Assembly: GCA_039584815.1 (NCBI GenBank)
Contig: JBDGXC010000007.1
Coordinates: forward strand, 8,440 to 72,439
From: Gemmatimonadota bacterium
GTDB lineage: Bacteria > Gemmatimonadota > Gemmatimonadetes > Palauibacterales > Palauibacteraceae
Length of the DNA stretch: 64,000 nucleotides
Direction of reading: 5' to 3'
Numbering within the stretch: the first letter of the stretch is position 1; each line of letters starts with the position of its first letter. Position numbers and translations under genes: made by a program. This document shows positions 22,658 to 31,275 of the stretch, piece after piece. The notes under the pieces are model-generated. The model was given only the letters and a program-made list of their open reading frames with translations. It searched no databases and had not been told where the DNA came from.

Positions 22658-23055
22658 GGGAATCGCCCGCGACCTCCGTGCTGTTCTACGTGGCGGCCGT
22701 GTACGACGCGGTGCTGGGTGTGGCGTTCCTGACCGCCGCCCCGGCCCTGTTCGAGTGGGTCGGCGTGACCCCGCCGAACCACTTCGGATACGTGCACTTT
22801 CCGGCCGCGCTGTTGATCGTGTTCGCGCTGATGTTCGTGGCCATCGCCCGGCAACCGGCTGTGAACCGCTCCCTGATCCCGTACGGAATTCTGCTCAAGG
22901 TCTCCTACTGTGCGGTCGTGTTCTACCACTGGCTGACGGCCGGCATTCCGTATATCTGGAAGCCGTTCGCGATCGCCGACCTGGCGTTCCTGGTCCTGTT
23001 CGCGTGGGCGTACCTGGACCTCGGGAAGACCTCGAGGGAAGTCTCCGCGGTCTGA
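22654..23055 (+). CDS. Small polytopic membrane protein (133 aa) of unknown function.
   Basis: MRESPATSVLFYVAAVYDAVLGVAFLTAAP... with four TM helices. Its ATG overlaps the rSAM stop (ATGA at 22654). Confidence 0.55.
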   Translation: MRESPATSVLFYVAAVYDAVLGVAFLTAAPALFEWVGVTPPNHFGYVHFPAALLIVFALMFVAIARQPAVNRSLIPYGILLKVSYCAVVFYHWLTAGIPYIWKPFAIADLAFLVLFAWAYLDLGKTSREVSAV

Positions 23056-23061
23056 CGACGC

Positions 23062-23083
23062 TCCCGGCGCGGGTCCGCCGGGA
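23062..23083. terminator. GC-rich hairpin between convergent genes. Possible bidirectional factor-independent terminator.
   Basis: tcccggcg-cgggtc-cgccggga: an 8-bp perfect stem with a 6-nt loop, 7 nt after the stop of the 22654..23055 gene and 53 nt before the convergent gene's stop. No T-tract. Confidence 0.3.
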
Positions 23084-23135
23084 CGAGGGCCGTCGCCAAA
23101 CGCCCCCATCCGGGGCGTGATGCAAGACTCCCGGC

Positions 23136-23870
23136 CTAGCCGAGGAGCGCTCCGGCGATGGAGCCGACGACGGCCACGGCCGCCAGAGCGCCCGACGACC
23201 ACAGCAGGACGGCGCGCCGTTGGCCGAGCTGACGCGCGCGCTTCTCCCCGCCCCCCACGGCGAACAGGACAAGCGGGAACAGGAAGCCTCGCATGACGGC
23301 GACCCCGCACCCGGTAGCCAGCAGGGCGAGCAGGGCCGTTGCCGCGACGAATCCGGCCGCGTGAGGCGATCCCGTCACGCCTCCGAGGAGCACGAACAGG
23401 GATCCCGCCACCAGCGCCATCGCGGCGACCAGTAGCGCGGCTCCGAAAGCGAACCGGGGACCATCGAGGGTCGCTATTCGTCCGTACCACGGGGTGACGG
23501 AGCCGATCCACTCGTCCAGCTCCCGGGACAGCCTCATCACCTCCCGCTCGTCTCCGGAGACATGATATCGGACCGTGGCGCTGCGGTTCCGGCGCAGACT
23601 CACGATCGCGACGCGGGCCGAGGGAGCGTCGGCGAACGCGAATGGCGGTGGGGTGCTCTCCACCGTCATGGCCTCGATGAGCCGCCCGGAATCGTTCTTC
23701 AGGTCCGCGACGTCCGTCACCCGTTCGGGCGAGACGGTCGAGCCGTCGCTCAAGTCGATCGAGAGTCCGGTCAGCAGCTCGTCGCCCCCGAGGATCTGGA
23801 CGAGTCTCTCGACGTCCCACGGGGCCACATGCAGCCCCAGGCTGGCGTCCCTGGTCTTGATGACATTCAT
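23136..23870 (-). CDS. Hypothetical membrane protein.
   Basis: The C-terminal third is strongly hydrophobic (FAFGAALLVAAMALVAGSLFVLLGG...). The ATG at 23870 (MNVIKTRD) is preferred over the GTG-extended track ORF. No recognisable motif. Confidence 0.45.
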   Translation of the reverse strand: MNVIKTRDASLGLHVAPWDVERLVQILGGDELLTGLSIDLSDGSTVSPERVTDVADLKNDSGRLIEAMTVESTPPPFAFADAPSARVAIVSLRRNRSATVRYHVSGDEREVMRLSRELDEWIGSVTPWYGRIATLDGPRFAFGAALLVAAMALVAGSLFVLLGGVTGSPHAAGFVAATALLALLATGCGVAVMRGFLFPLVLFAVGGGEKRARQLGQRRAVLLWSSGALAAVAVVGSIAGALLG

Positions 23871-24157
23871 TCTTCCAGCCGGCCTCCCGCCGTCACGCGT
23901 CACAGGGGGATCTGAGGACATCCGGGACCGGATCCGCGCCCCGGCTCCGACGTCCCACGGTCTCGCTCCTCACCGAGCAATACCCGGACCAGGATTCGGG
24001 CGCACCCCGCCATCTGGAGTTCCTCCGACCCCGATCCGCCGCCCGGCACGCGGGCTGCTCAGGCATCCCGACTCGCACGAACCGATGATCTCCACCTATG
24101 TTCTCCGGTCTTTCGAGACCGAGGAAGGTGACGAACGGAACCCGTACGGGGGGGCGG

Positions 24158-25894
24158 ATGGAGCTCTTTCAGTGGCTGGCGGACATCGGTAACCGGTACA
24201 TCGTCGAGCTCGGCATCTCCGTGGGCGAGGAGACGATTCCGTTCATGGTGCTGCTCCTGCTGGGAACCGGCGTCTTTCTCACGCTCCGGCTGGGACTCAT
24301 CCAGCTCCGACGTCTGGGCCACGGCTTCAAGGTCACGTCTGGCGCATACGACGATCCCACGGAGCCGGGAGACGTGTCCCACTTCCAGGCGCTCACCACG
24401 GCCCTCTCTGCCACGGTCGGGATCGGCAACATCGCGGGTGTGGCCATCGCGATCCACTGGGGCGGTCCCGGTGCCCTGTTCTGGATGTGGATAACGGCCG
24501 CCCTGGGCATGGCCACCAAGTACACCGAGGTCACGCTGGCGCAGAAGTACCGGAACGTCGAGGCAACCCACGGCCACGCCTGGGAGGGGACGGTGTCCGG
24601 CGGCCCCATGTACTACATCGAGAAGGGTCTCGGCCCGAACTGGAAGTGGATGGCAGTCATCTTCGCGCTCCTCCTGGGCGTGACGGCGTTCATGACCGGG
24701 AACGCGATTCAGGCCAACACCGTGGCCGACACGATGCGCTCGACGTTCGGGATCCCTGTGTGGGCCACGGGGCTGGTCACATCGGCCGTCGTGGCGGCCG
24801 TGATCCTGGGCGGAATCACCCGCATCGGGAAGGTCACCGCCGTGCTGGCGCCCGCCATGGCCGCGCTGTACGTGACCGGCGCCCTGCTGATCATTGCCCT
24901 GCACGCCGGCGAAGTGATCCCGGCACTCGCGCTGATTTTCAGGGAAGCGTTCAACCCGACGGCCGGTGTGGCCGGGACCGGTGTGGGCGCCTTTCTGCTG
25001 ACCATGATGTGGGGCGTCCGGCGAGGCCTGTTCAGCAACGAGGCCGGCCAGGGATCGGCCCCGATCGCGCACGCGGCGGCCAAGACGGACGAGCCCGTCT
25101 CCGAGGGCGTAGTGGCACTTCTGGAGCCGTTCATCGACACGATCGTCATCTGCACGATGACGGGACTCGTGATCATCCTGACCGGAGTGTGGAACGCACG
25201 TCTGCCGACCGAGATCGTGCTCAGCGGTGGAGATCTTTCGTATGTCAGCCTGGACGCGGACGGTCGCCTCTCCGACGTGGATGTTCCGGAAGAGATCGTG
25301 ATCGCGGAGGGAGTACCCCTCGAGACCGTGGATGCGCCGCTGGTCGCGTGGCACGACGTGGCGGTCGAGCGCCTGTTCGTGGACCTCGAGATGACACGTC
25401 CGTTCTCGGGCACCATCCGGCCCGCGCAGGCCACGGCCGAGGGGAGCGACGGCCGAAGCTACACGTCGCTGCACGCGGCGGCGGCGGAAAGCGGCGCCCC
25501 GCTGACCCAGGAGGGATTCAGGATCGGGCTGTCCTCGTTCGGTGGGTGGGGCGGTCTGATCGTCGTGGTGGCGGTCCTGCTGTTCGCGCTCTCGACCGCT
25601 ATCTCGTGGAGCTACTACGGCGACCGGTGCGCCAACTACCTGTTCGGCTCGTGGGCCGTTCTACCGTACAAGATGGCGTTCGTCACGATGCACTTCGTCG
25701 GCGCAGTGCTCCCGCTCACGGTGATCTGGAACCTCGGAGACGTGTTCCTGGCCGTGGTGATCGTGCCGAACCTGATCGCCCTGATCCTTCTTTCCCCGCA
25801 GGTCATCGAGGAGACGCGCAGCTACTTCGAGCGGAAGCCGTGGCTCGAGAACGAGGCCAAGCGGAAGGAGCTGGAGCGGACGCAGTTGTTCTGA
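24158..25894 (+). CDS. Alanine/glycine:cation symporter (AGCS) family transporter with a roughly 110-aa internal insertion.
   Basis: AGCS signature regions GGPGALFWMWITAALGMATKYTEVTLAQKYR and GNAIQANT. A long hydrophilic segment (LSGGDLSYVSLDADGRLSDVDVPEEIVIAEG...GFRIGLSSFGGWGG) interrupts the core. Confidence 0.8.
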   Translation: MELFQWLADIGNRYIVELGISVGEETIPFMVLLLLGTGVFLTLRLGLIQLRRLGHGFKVTSGAYDDPTEPGDVSHFQALTTALSATVGIGNIAGVAIAIHWGGPGALFWMWITAALGMATKYTEVTLAQKYRNVEATHGHAWEGTVSGGPMYYIEKGLGPNWKWMAVIFALLLGVTAFMTGNAIQANTVADTMRSTFGIPVWATGLVTSAVVAAVILGGITRIGKVTAVLAPAMAALYVTGALLIIALHAGEVIPALALIFREAFNPTAGVAGTGVGAFLLTMMWGVRRGLFSNEAGQGSAPIAHAAAKTDEPVSEGVVALLEPFIDTIVICTMTGLVIILTGVWNARLPTEIVLSGGDLSYVSLDADGRLSDVDVPEEIVIAEGVPLETVDAPLVAWHDVAVERLFVDLEMTRPFSGTIRPAQATAEGSDGRSYTSLHAAAAESGAPLTQEGFRIGLSSFGGWGGLIVVVAVLLFALSTAISWSYYGDRCANYLFGSWAVLPYKMAFVTMHFVGAVLPLTVIWNLGDVFLAVVIVPNLIALILLSPQVIEETRSYFERKPWLENEAKRKELERTQLF

Positions 25895-25925
25895 GGGAGC
25901 TGCCCGGCGCTCTCCCCCGGCCGGT

Positions 25926-28900
25926 TCACGGCATGGGGCAGCCGCTCACCTCGTAGGCGACCTCGATCCCGTTGGCGTCCTGCGCGAGGTTCTCGTGGCG
26001 CGCCGACCGCTCCTCATCGAGTCCTGACTCGAGCGGCGACACTCCGTTCACCGCGTAGGTCAGCCACAGGCGTCCCACCTCGGAGAAGGCCGCCCGCAGA
26101 TCCTCGCAATCGATCAGCTCTGCCTCGAAGGACGCGGCCGCGGCACGGAACGCTGTCATCGCGGCGATCGTGGAATCGGCAAGCTGGTCCAACGTCCTGA
26201 GGCGTGGATCGGCGCTCGCCGGTACGGCGCCGGGATCCTCCACGGCCGGAACTTCCGCACCGACTGCCGGCGGGAGCACGACTCTGCCCTGGCCGGCCCG
26301 GGCCGCTCCCGGAGTCTCCGCTCCGTCCGATTCGCCGTCCGTGTCCGCCCCCCAGCTGCCTCTGTCGAACACGGTATGACCCGGGTTCAGCTCGGTCCAC
26401 CGCATCACTCTCTCGACCCCGAACGCGCCGGCAGCCAGGATGGCGATGGCCGCTGCCACATTCCCCGCGCCACGGAGTCGCCTTGAGCGCCTCTCGCGCC
26501 TCTCGCGGCGCTCTTCCTCGCGCCGCGCCTCGCGCTTCTCGCGCTTCGCCTCGGCGACCTCCGCCCTCACGCGGGCCTCCGCCTCTGCCTTGCGACGCGC
26601 ATCGGCGTCCGCCACTTCCTGACGCGCGAACTTCACGGCCGCTTCTCGAGCCGCCTCTTCCGCCTGGACACGGGCCGCTTCGGCGGTCGCCCGTCGTCCC
26701 TCCTCCTCCCGTCGCCGCGCGATCTCGCGGGATTCGGCCCGACGGAGCGCCTCCAGCTCGGTGGCCCTCTCCTTTACGGCTTGCTCGAGGCGCGTACGCT
26801 CCATGCGCAGCCTGGACACTTCCTCTCGCGCCAACTCTGCCACCTGGCGGGCCTTGGCCGCCACGCGGGCCGCCTCTTCCTCGGCCGCCTGGCGAGCCTT
26901 CTCGAGCTCGCTCACCCGGGCTGCCGCCGCTTCCTCGGCCTCCTTGCGGCGCTCGGACTCGAGGCGCGCGGTCCGCCAGGCATCCTCGGCTTCCGTCGCC
27001 AGCACCGCGGCACGTTCTTCGGCAACCGCTTTGGCTTCTTCCAGCTCCGTCACTTCACGCGCGATCCGTTCCTCGGTCGCTCGCAGCTCAGCCTCTTCCT
27101 CGACCGTCTTCTGGGCTGCCTCGGCCTGAATCGCTTCTTGTGCGGCGCGCTTTTCGGACGCCTGGCGCATCGCGTCCTCGGCTGCCTGGCGGGCTCCCTC
27201 AAGCTGCAAGGAGCGCCGGGCAGTCTCTTCCTCGGCTGCCTGCCGGAGCTCGGCCTCCCGCGCCGCAGCTTCGACCGCGGCGCGCGCCTCTTCGGCCCTG
27301 CGCTCGGCCTCCAGGCGCGATTCCAAAAGGGATGCTTCGACCTCCTTGACCCGGGCAGCGGCCTCGACCTCTGCGGCACGTCGGGCGTCCTCCTCCTCCC
27401 GCCGCCGGGCGGCCTCGCGTCGAGCCGCCTCCAGCGCCGCCTCCGCCCGCGCGTCCCGTATCGTCGCTTCCTGAGCAGCCGATTTGCGCTCGGCGTTCAG
27501 GGTGCCGGCGATGCGCTCGGCCTCGGCCTCGGCCGCCCGGCGGGCCGCCGCTTCGGCTTCGCGGCGCGCCGCTTCACGGGCTGCCGTGCGACGAGCCTCC
27601 TCGACCTCGGTGGCCCTGCGCGCCGCCTCTTCCTCGGCTGCCTTGCGCGCCGCCTCCAGCTCAGCCGCCTTCTGGATCGCCACCGTCTCGGCGTCTCGGC
27701 GCAGAGCCTCCTCGGATCGGTACTTGTCCGCGTCGGACTGGGCGATCCGGCGAGCCTCTTCCGCTTCACGAGCGCGCTGCTCCGATTCCTCGGCCGTCCG
27801 TCGAGAGAGCTCCACCTCCTCCGCCCGCCGCGCGGCTTCCTCTTCGGCGGCTACGCGCGCTTCCTCGGCGGCCCGGCGGGTTTCCTCGAGCTCCAGGGAT
27901 CTGCGCCTGGCTTCGTCTTCCGCCTCGCGCCGGGCGGTTTCCGCTTCGGCGGCCCATCGGGCGGCTTCTTCCTCCGCTACCTTGCGCGCCGTCTCCATTT
28001 CAGCGACCCGGCGCACGGCGTCGGCGATGGCCGCCTCGTGAGCCTCCGCCTCGGCCTGGCGTCGCTCGGCCTCGCGCTCGGCTGCCTCGCGAGCGGCCTC
28101 CGCCTCGGCGGCCCGGCGGGCCGCCTCTTCCTCGGCGGCCTTGATCGCTGCCGTGGCCTCGGCTGCCTTGCGCTCGGCCTCGGCCTCGGCGGCCCGGCGG
28201 GCGGCTTCGGCGGCCTGGACCGTGGCCTGGAGCTCCGCGGCCTGCCGGGCCGCTTCCTCTTCCGCGGCCTGGCGGGCGGCTTCCAGCTCAGCGGTCCGAC
28301 GAGCGGCCTCCTCCTCGGCCGTCTGGCGGGCGGCCTCCAGCTCGGCGGCTCGACGGGCGGCTTCCGCTTCCGCCTCACGCCGCGCCTCGTCGGCGGCTCG
28401 CAGGGTCTCCTGGAGCTCGGCGGCCTGGCGGGCGGCCTCTTCCTCCGCCACCTGGCGGGCGGCCTGGAGCTCGGCGGCTCGCCGAGCGGCCTCCTCCTCG
28501 GCGGCGCGACGCGCCTCGTCGGCGGCTCGCAGGGTCTCCTGGAGCTCGGCGGCCTGCCGGGCGGCCTCTTCCTCCGCCGCCTGGCGGGCGGCCTGGAGCT
28601 CGGCGGCCTGCCGGACGGTCTCTTCCTCCGCCGCCTGGCGGGCGGCCTGGAGCTCGGCGGCCTGCCGGGCGGCCTCCTCGTCGGCCGCTCGCAGGGTCTC
28701 CTGGAGCTCGGCGGCTCGTCGAGCCGCCTCCTCCTCGGCCGCGCGTCGGGCCTCATCAGCCACCCGCAGCGTCTCCTGCAGCTCGGTCGCCTGCCGCTCG
28801 GCTTCCGCTCCCGCGGCCTGCCGTGCAGCTTCGAGCTCTGCCGCGCGCCGGGCGGCCTCCTCTTCGGCAATCTCGCGGGCCTGGTTCGCGGCACGCAGGG

Positions 28901-30464
28901 TGGCCTCCAGCTCCGAGGCATGGCGCTCGGCCTCCTGCTCGACGGCCTGGCGGGCGGCCTCGAGCTCCGCCGTACGCCGCGCCGCATCTTCCTCGGCGGC
29001 CCGGCGGGCGTGCTCGGCCGCCTCCAGTGTGGTCTCGAGCTCGAGGGCGCGCCGCTCGGCTTCCTCCTCCGCCAGCCTGCGGGCCTGCTGCACTTCTTCT
29101 ACCCGCCGTGCCGCGTCCTGCTCGGCCGCGATTCTCGCCAGCTCCTCCGATCGTCGCCGTTCGGCTTCCTGCTCCGCCGCCTGGCGCGCGGATTCTGCCT
29201 CGGCCGCCTGGCGCGCCGCCTCCTGCTCCGCCGCTTCCCGGGCTTCCTCCTGCTCCGCCACCCGGCGTGCGGCGTCCGCTTCCGTGGCGCGCAGGGCTGC
29301 TTCGAGCTCGGCGACTCGCCCTTCGGCTTCGACCGCCGCCTCGCGCAACGACTTCAGCTCGCTGACGCGCCGATCGGCCTCATGCTCCGCCGCGCGTGCG
29401 GCAGCTTCAGCCTGGCGAGCCAGGTCCTCCGCCTGTCGCCGCTCTTCGGTGGCGCGGGCCTCACTCTCGGGCGGTGCCTCCGATGTGCGCTGGGCCGCTT
29501 CCTGCGCCGCGGTTCGCGCGGCTTCGAGCTCGGCGGCCTTTTGCTCGGCTTCCCGTTCGGCCTCGAGAGCCGCCTCTTCCGCTGCTCTCCGCTGCTGATC
29601 CAGATCCGCGGCGGTCCGGGCAGCGGCGGCCAGCAGCGAGCGCCGCGCGATCTCCTGGGCGAGCGGACTGGAGAGATCCGAACCGCGGCCCGGCCGCCTC
29701 GTGATCCAGGATGGACGCGCGCTCACGCCGGTGCCGTTGCCTTCCGACCGACTCGGGAGCGCCTCCAGGTTCTCGCGGACGATCTCGGCGTCCGTTTGCA
29801 CGTTCGTCCAGTCGAGCAGAGTGCGGCGCTCGCCCTCCGACAGCGACTCCGTCGCCACGACTTCGTGGAAGGGCAGGGGCTTCCTGCCGATGTTGCCTCC
29901 CGATGTCTGGCGGAAGAAACCGCCCCGGGGGGACTCGCCTTCCGGGGCGACCAGCACCGCACTGTGCCACACCTCGCCGAAGTACTTCCTGTGCGTGGCG
30001 ATCTCCGCGTCCGTCAGCTCGATTCCTCCGTCGCGGTGACGCAGGTACCAGCCGACCAGATTGCCGGAAAGCCGGCCGGCTTGCTCGCGCAGGGCGTCCC
30101 ACGCCTCCGGGGGAATCATGTCTCCGGGATCGCTGATCAAGGGGATCCGGGATCGGCATACACCGCTGATCAGGACGTACGGCCGGCCGTCCTCGATGTC
30201 CTCGCACAGGTCACCCGACAGCAGACCGAACGGACGTTCGTTCCTGGAGGCTTTCCGCAGGTGATTCAGGAGGTCCGCGAGGGCGCGCTGCGTGATGAAG
30301 ACGTCGTAGGCTCCCCCGACCGGGTGTTCTTCCGATTCGGAGGGTGTCCACAGGATGCTCCGCAGCAGGGGGCGCGGCACGGATATGTGAAAACGCTCCG
30401 GCGTGCTCCCGGAGTTCACACCTTCATCAGGCTTCGAGCGCCCGTCGACTATCGCATCCGTCAT
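25926..30464 (-). CDS. Giant (1512 aa) membrane-anchored coiled-coil protein. N-terminal degenerate MPN/JAB-like domain, roughly 960-aa repetitive E/A/R-rich rod, one TM helix, and a roughly 230-aa C-terminal domain.
   Basis: Residues about 60-175 match the MPN fold pattern (VFITQRALADLL..FGLLSG...NLVGWYLRHRDGG..TDAEIATHRKYF..VWHSAVLVAP), but the JAMM HxH site is RHR and the Ser is replaced by Thr. The rod is built from units like AEEEAARRAAELEAARQAAE. The TM helix is NVAAAIAILAAGAFGV. Confidence 0.75.
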   Translation of the reverse strand: MTDAIVDGRSKPDEGVNSGSTPERFHISVPRPLLRSILWTPSESEEHPVGGAYDVFITQRALADLLNHLRKASRNERPFGLLSGDLCEDIEDGRPYVLISGVCRSRIPLISDPGDMIPPEAWDALREQAGRLSGNLVGWYLRHRDGGIELTDAEIATHRKYFGEVWHSAVLVAPEGESPRGGFFRQTSGGNIGRKPLPFHEVVATESLSEGERRTLLDWTNVQTDAEIVRENLEALPSRSEGNGTGVSARPSWITRRPGRGSDLSSPLAQEIARRSLLAAAARTAADLDQQRRAAEEAALEAEREAEQKAAELEAARTAAQEAAQRTSEAPPESEARATEERRQAEDLARQAEAAARAAEHEADRRVSELKSLREAAVEAEGRVAELEAALRATEADAARRVAEQEEAREAAEQEAARQAAEAESARQAAEQEAERRRSEELARIAAEQDAARRVEEVQQARRLAEEEAERRALELETTLEAAEHARRAAEEDAARRTAELEAARQAVEQEAERHASELEATLRAANQAREIAEEEAARRAAELEAARQAAGAEAERQATELQETLRVADEARRAAEEEAARRAAELQETLRAADEEAARQAAELQAARQAAEEETVRQAAELQAARQAAEEEAARQAAELQETLRAADEARRAAEEEAARRAAELQAARQVAEEEAARQAAELQETLRAADEARREAEAEAARRAAELEAARQTAEEEAARRTAELEAARQAAEEEAARQAAELQATVQAAEAARRAAEAEAERKAAEATAAIKAAEEEAARRAAEAEAAREAAEREAERRQAEAEAHEAAIADAVRRVAEMETARKVAEEEAARWAAEAETARREAEDEARRRSLELEETRRAAEEARVAAEEEAARRAEEVELSRRTAEESEQRAREAEEARRIAQSDADKYRSEEALRRDAETVAIQKAAELEAARKAAEEEAARRATEVEEARRTAAREAARREAEAAARRAAEAEAERIAGTLNAERKSAAQEATIRDARAEAALEAARREAARRREEEDARRAAEVEAAARVKEVEASLLESRLEAERRAEEARAAVEAAAREAELRQAAEEETARRSLQLEGARQAAEDAMRQASEKRAAQEAIQAEAAQKTVEEEAELRATEERIAREVTELEEAKAVAEERAAVLATEAEDAWRTARLESERRKEAEEAAAARVSELEKARQAAEEEAARVAAKARQVAELAREEVSRLRMERTRLEQAVKERATELEALRRAESREIARRREEEGRRATAEAARVQAEEAAREAAVKFARQEVADADARRKAEAEARVRAEVAEAKREKREARREEERRERRERRSRRLRGAGNVAAAIAILAAGAFGVERVMRWTELNPGHTVFDRGSWGADTDGESDGAETPGAARAGQGRVVLPPAVGAEVPAVEDPGAVPASADPRLRTLDQLADSTIAAMTAFRAAAASFEAELIDCEDLRAAFSEVGRLWLTYAVNGVSPLESGLDEERSARHENLAQDANGIEVAYEVSGCPMP
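26700..29620. repeat. Long imperfect tandem DNA repeat (units of about 54-63 bp with variants) encoding the coiled-coil rod of the giant protein.
   Basis: Near-identical blocks such as ctggagctcggcggcctgccgggcggcctcttcctccgccgcctggcgggcggcctggagctcggcggc recur many times between about 28400 and 28700. Degenerate copies are spread over roughly 2.9 kb. Confidence 0.8.
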
Positions 30465-30716
30465 CGTGGCTCGCTGCTCGCAATGTTCCGGCGCCGCTGC
30501 AAGGGGCGGCCGGCCCCTGGTGAACGCGGCGATGTCTTCGACCGAAGTAGCAAGTGCCGTTCCAGCCGTCCGCCGGGATCCTGAGCACGATCAGGCCGCA
30601 TACTTCGGCCACGGACAGGCAATCTGGCGGGCAACTCGCAACCTCGTGGTGCCGGAAACACGGGTGAAACAGGTGAAGTGTGGCGAAACGCGCAAAAAAG
30701 TGGGCCGGATCGTGCC

Positions 30717-31019
30717 TCACGCCATGTTCCGGGTGGCCTCTTCCGTGATCAGGATGTCGAGCAGGTCACCCACGGCGTTCGCCGCCCGCTCCAGACCCGG
30801 CTCCTGTCGGTGCAGATGCTCGATGCGCGCAAAGACCATCTGTGCGACGGTGAGTTCGAGATACGGAAGGTCGTGCGCCTCTGCGGTGAAGTCGGCCAGG
30901 TCGTCATCGCGGGCCGCCTCGATGAGCCGGAGCACGTTCGGGGGAAGGGAGTCCTGCCCCTTCTCCAGGGCGCCACTCCAATAGGTCGTCCAGTCGTAGA
31001 AGCCGACCTGCATGCCCAT
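30717..31019 (-). CDS. Small hypothetical protein (100 aa), immediately upstream of and co-oriented with the giant coiled-coil gene.
   Basis: [22 protein letters not shown]... Intact 303-nt ORF with high GC3 consistent with coding. No known motif. Confidence 0.45.
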   Translation of the reverse strand: MGMQVGFYDWTTYWSGALEKGQDSLPPNVLRLIEAARDDDLADFTAEAHDLPYLELTVAQMVFARIEHLHRQEPGLERAANAVGDLLDILITEEATRNMA

Positions 31020-31275
31020 GCTCCTTGCCGCGAGTGATCACTTCGATCCAAGCAAGAGGCGAGCCACCTTGTCCCCGGCCGCTGGATGTTGGCTACGGAG
31101 CGCCTCTTCCGCCTGTCGGCCCCCGTGCAGACCGGACCCGGGCCGGGCCCGCCCGGGGCAAAGCGGCTCTCCGTGGCGCAAATCTCCCCACCCGACTTTG
31201 CGGTCGCCCCGGCTCGCCGCTACCGTCCCCGCATCGTTTCGGAATCGACCACCCGCATCTCTGCGAGATCCGCCC

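Noticed and set aside
26781-30584. A 1267-aa ORF on the plus strand, antisense to the giant coiled-coil gene, plus several other plus-strand ORFs in that region (28141..29598, 27484..28041, 26204..27349).
   Set aside because: Gly/Leu/Arg/Pro-rich low-complexity translations that simply mirror the GC-rich repeat. The minus-strand frame has a folded N-terminal domain, heptad periodicity and a TM helix.
30465-30716. A possible intrinsic terminator (T6 run at about 30694-30699 on the minus strand) after the small ORF and before the giant gene.
   Set aside because: The preceding sequence forms only a weak, imperfect stem, and the giant gene more likely shares a transcript or has its own promoter here.
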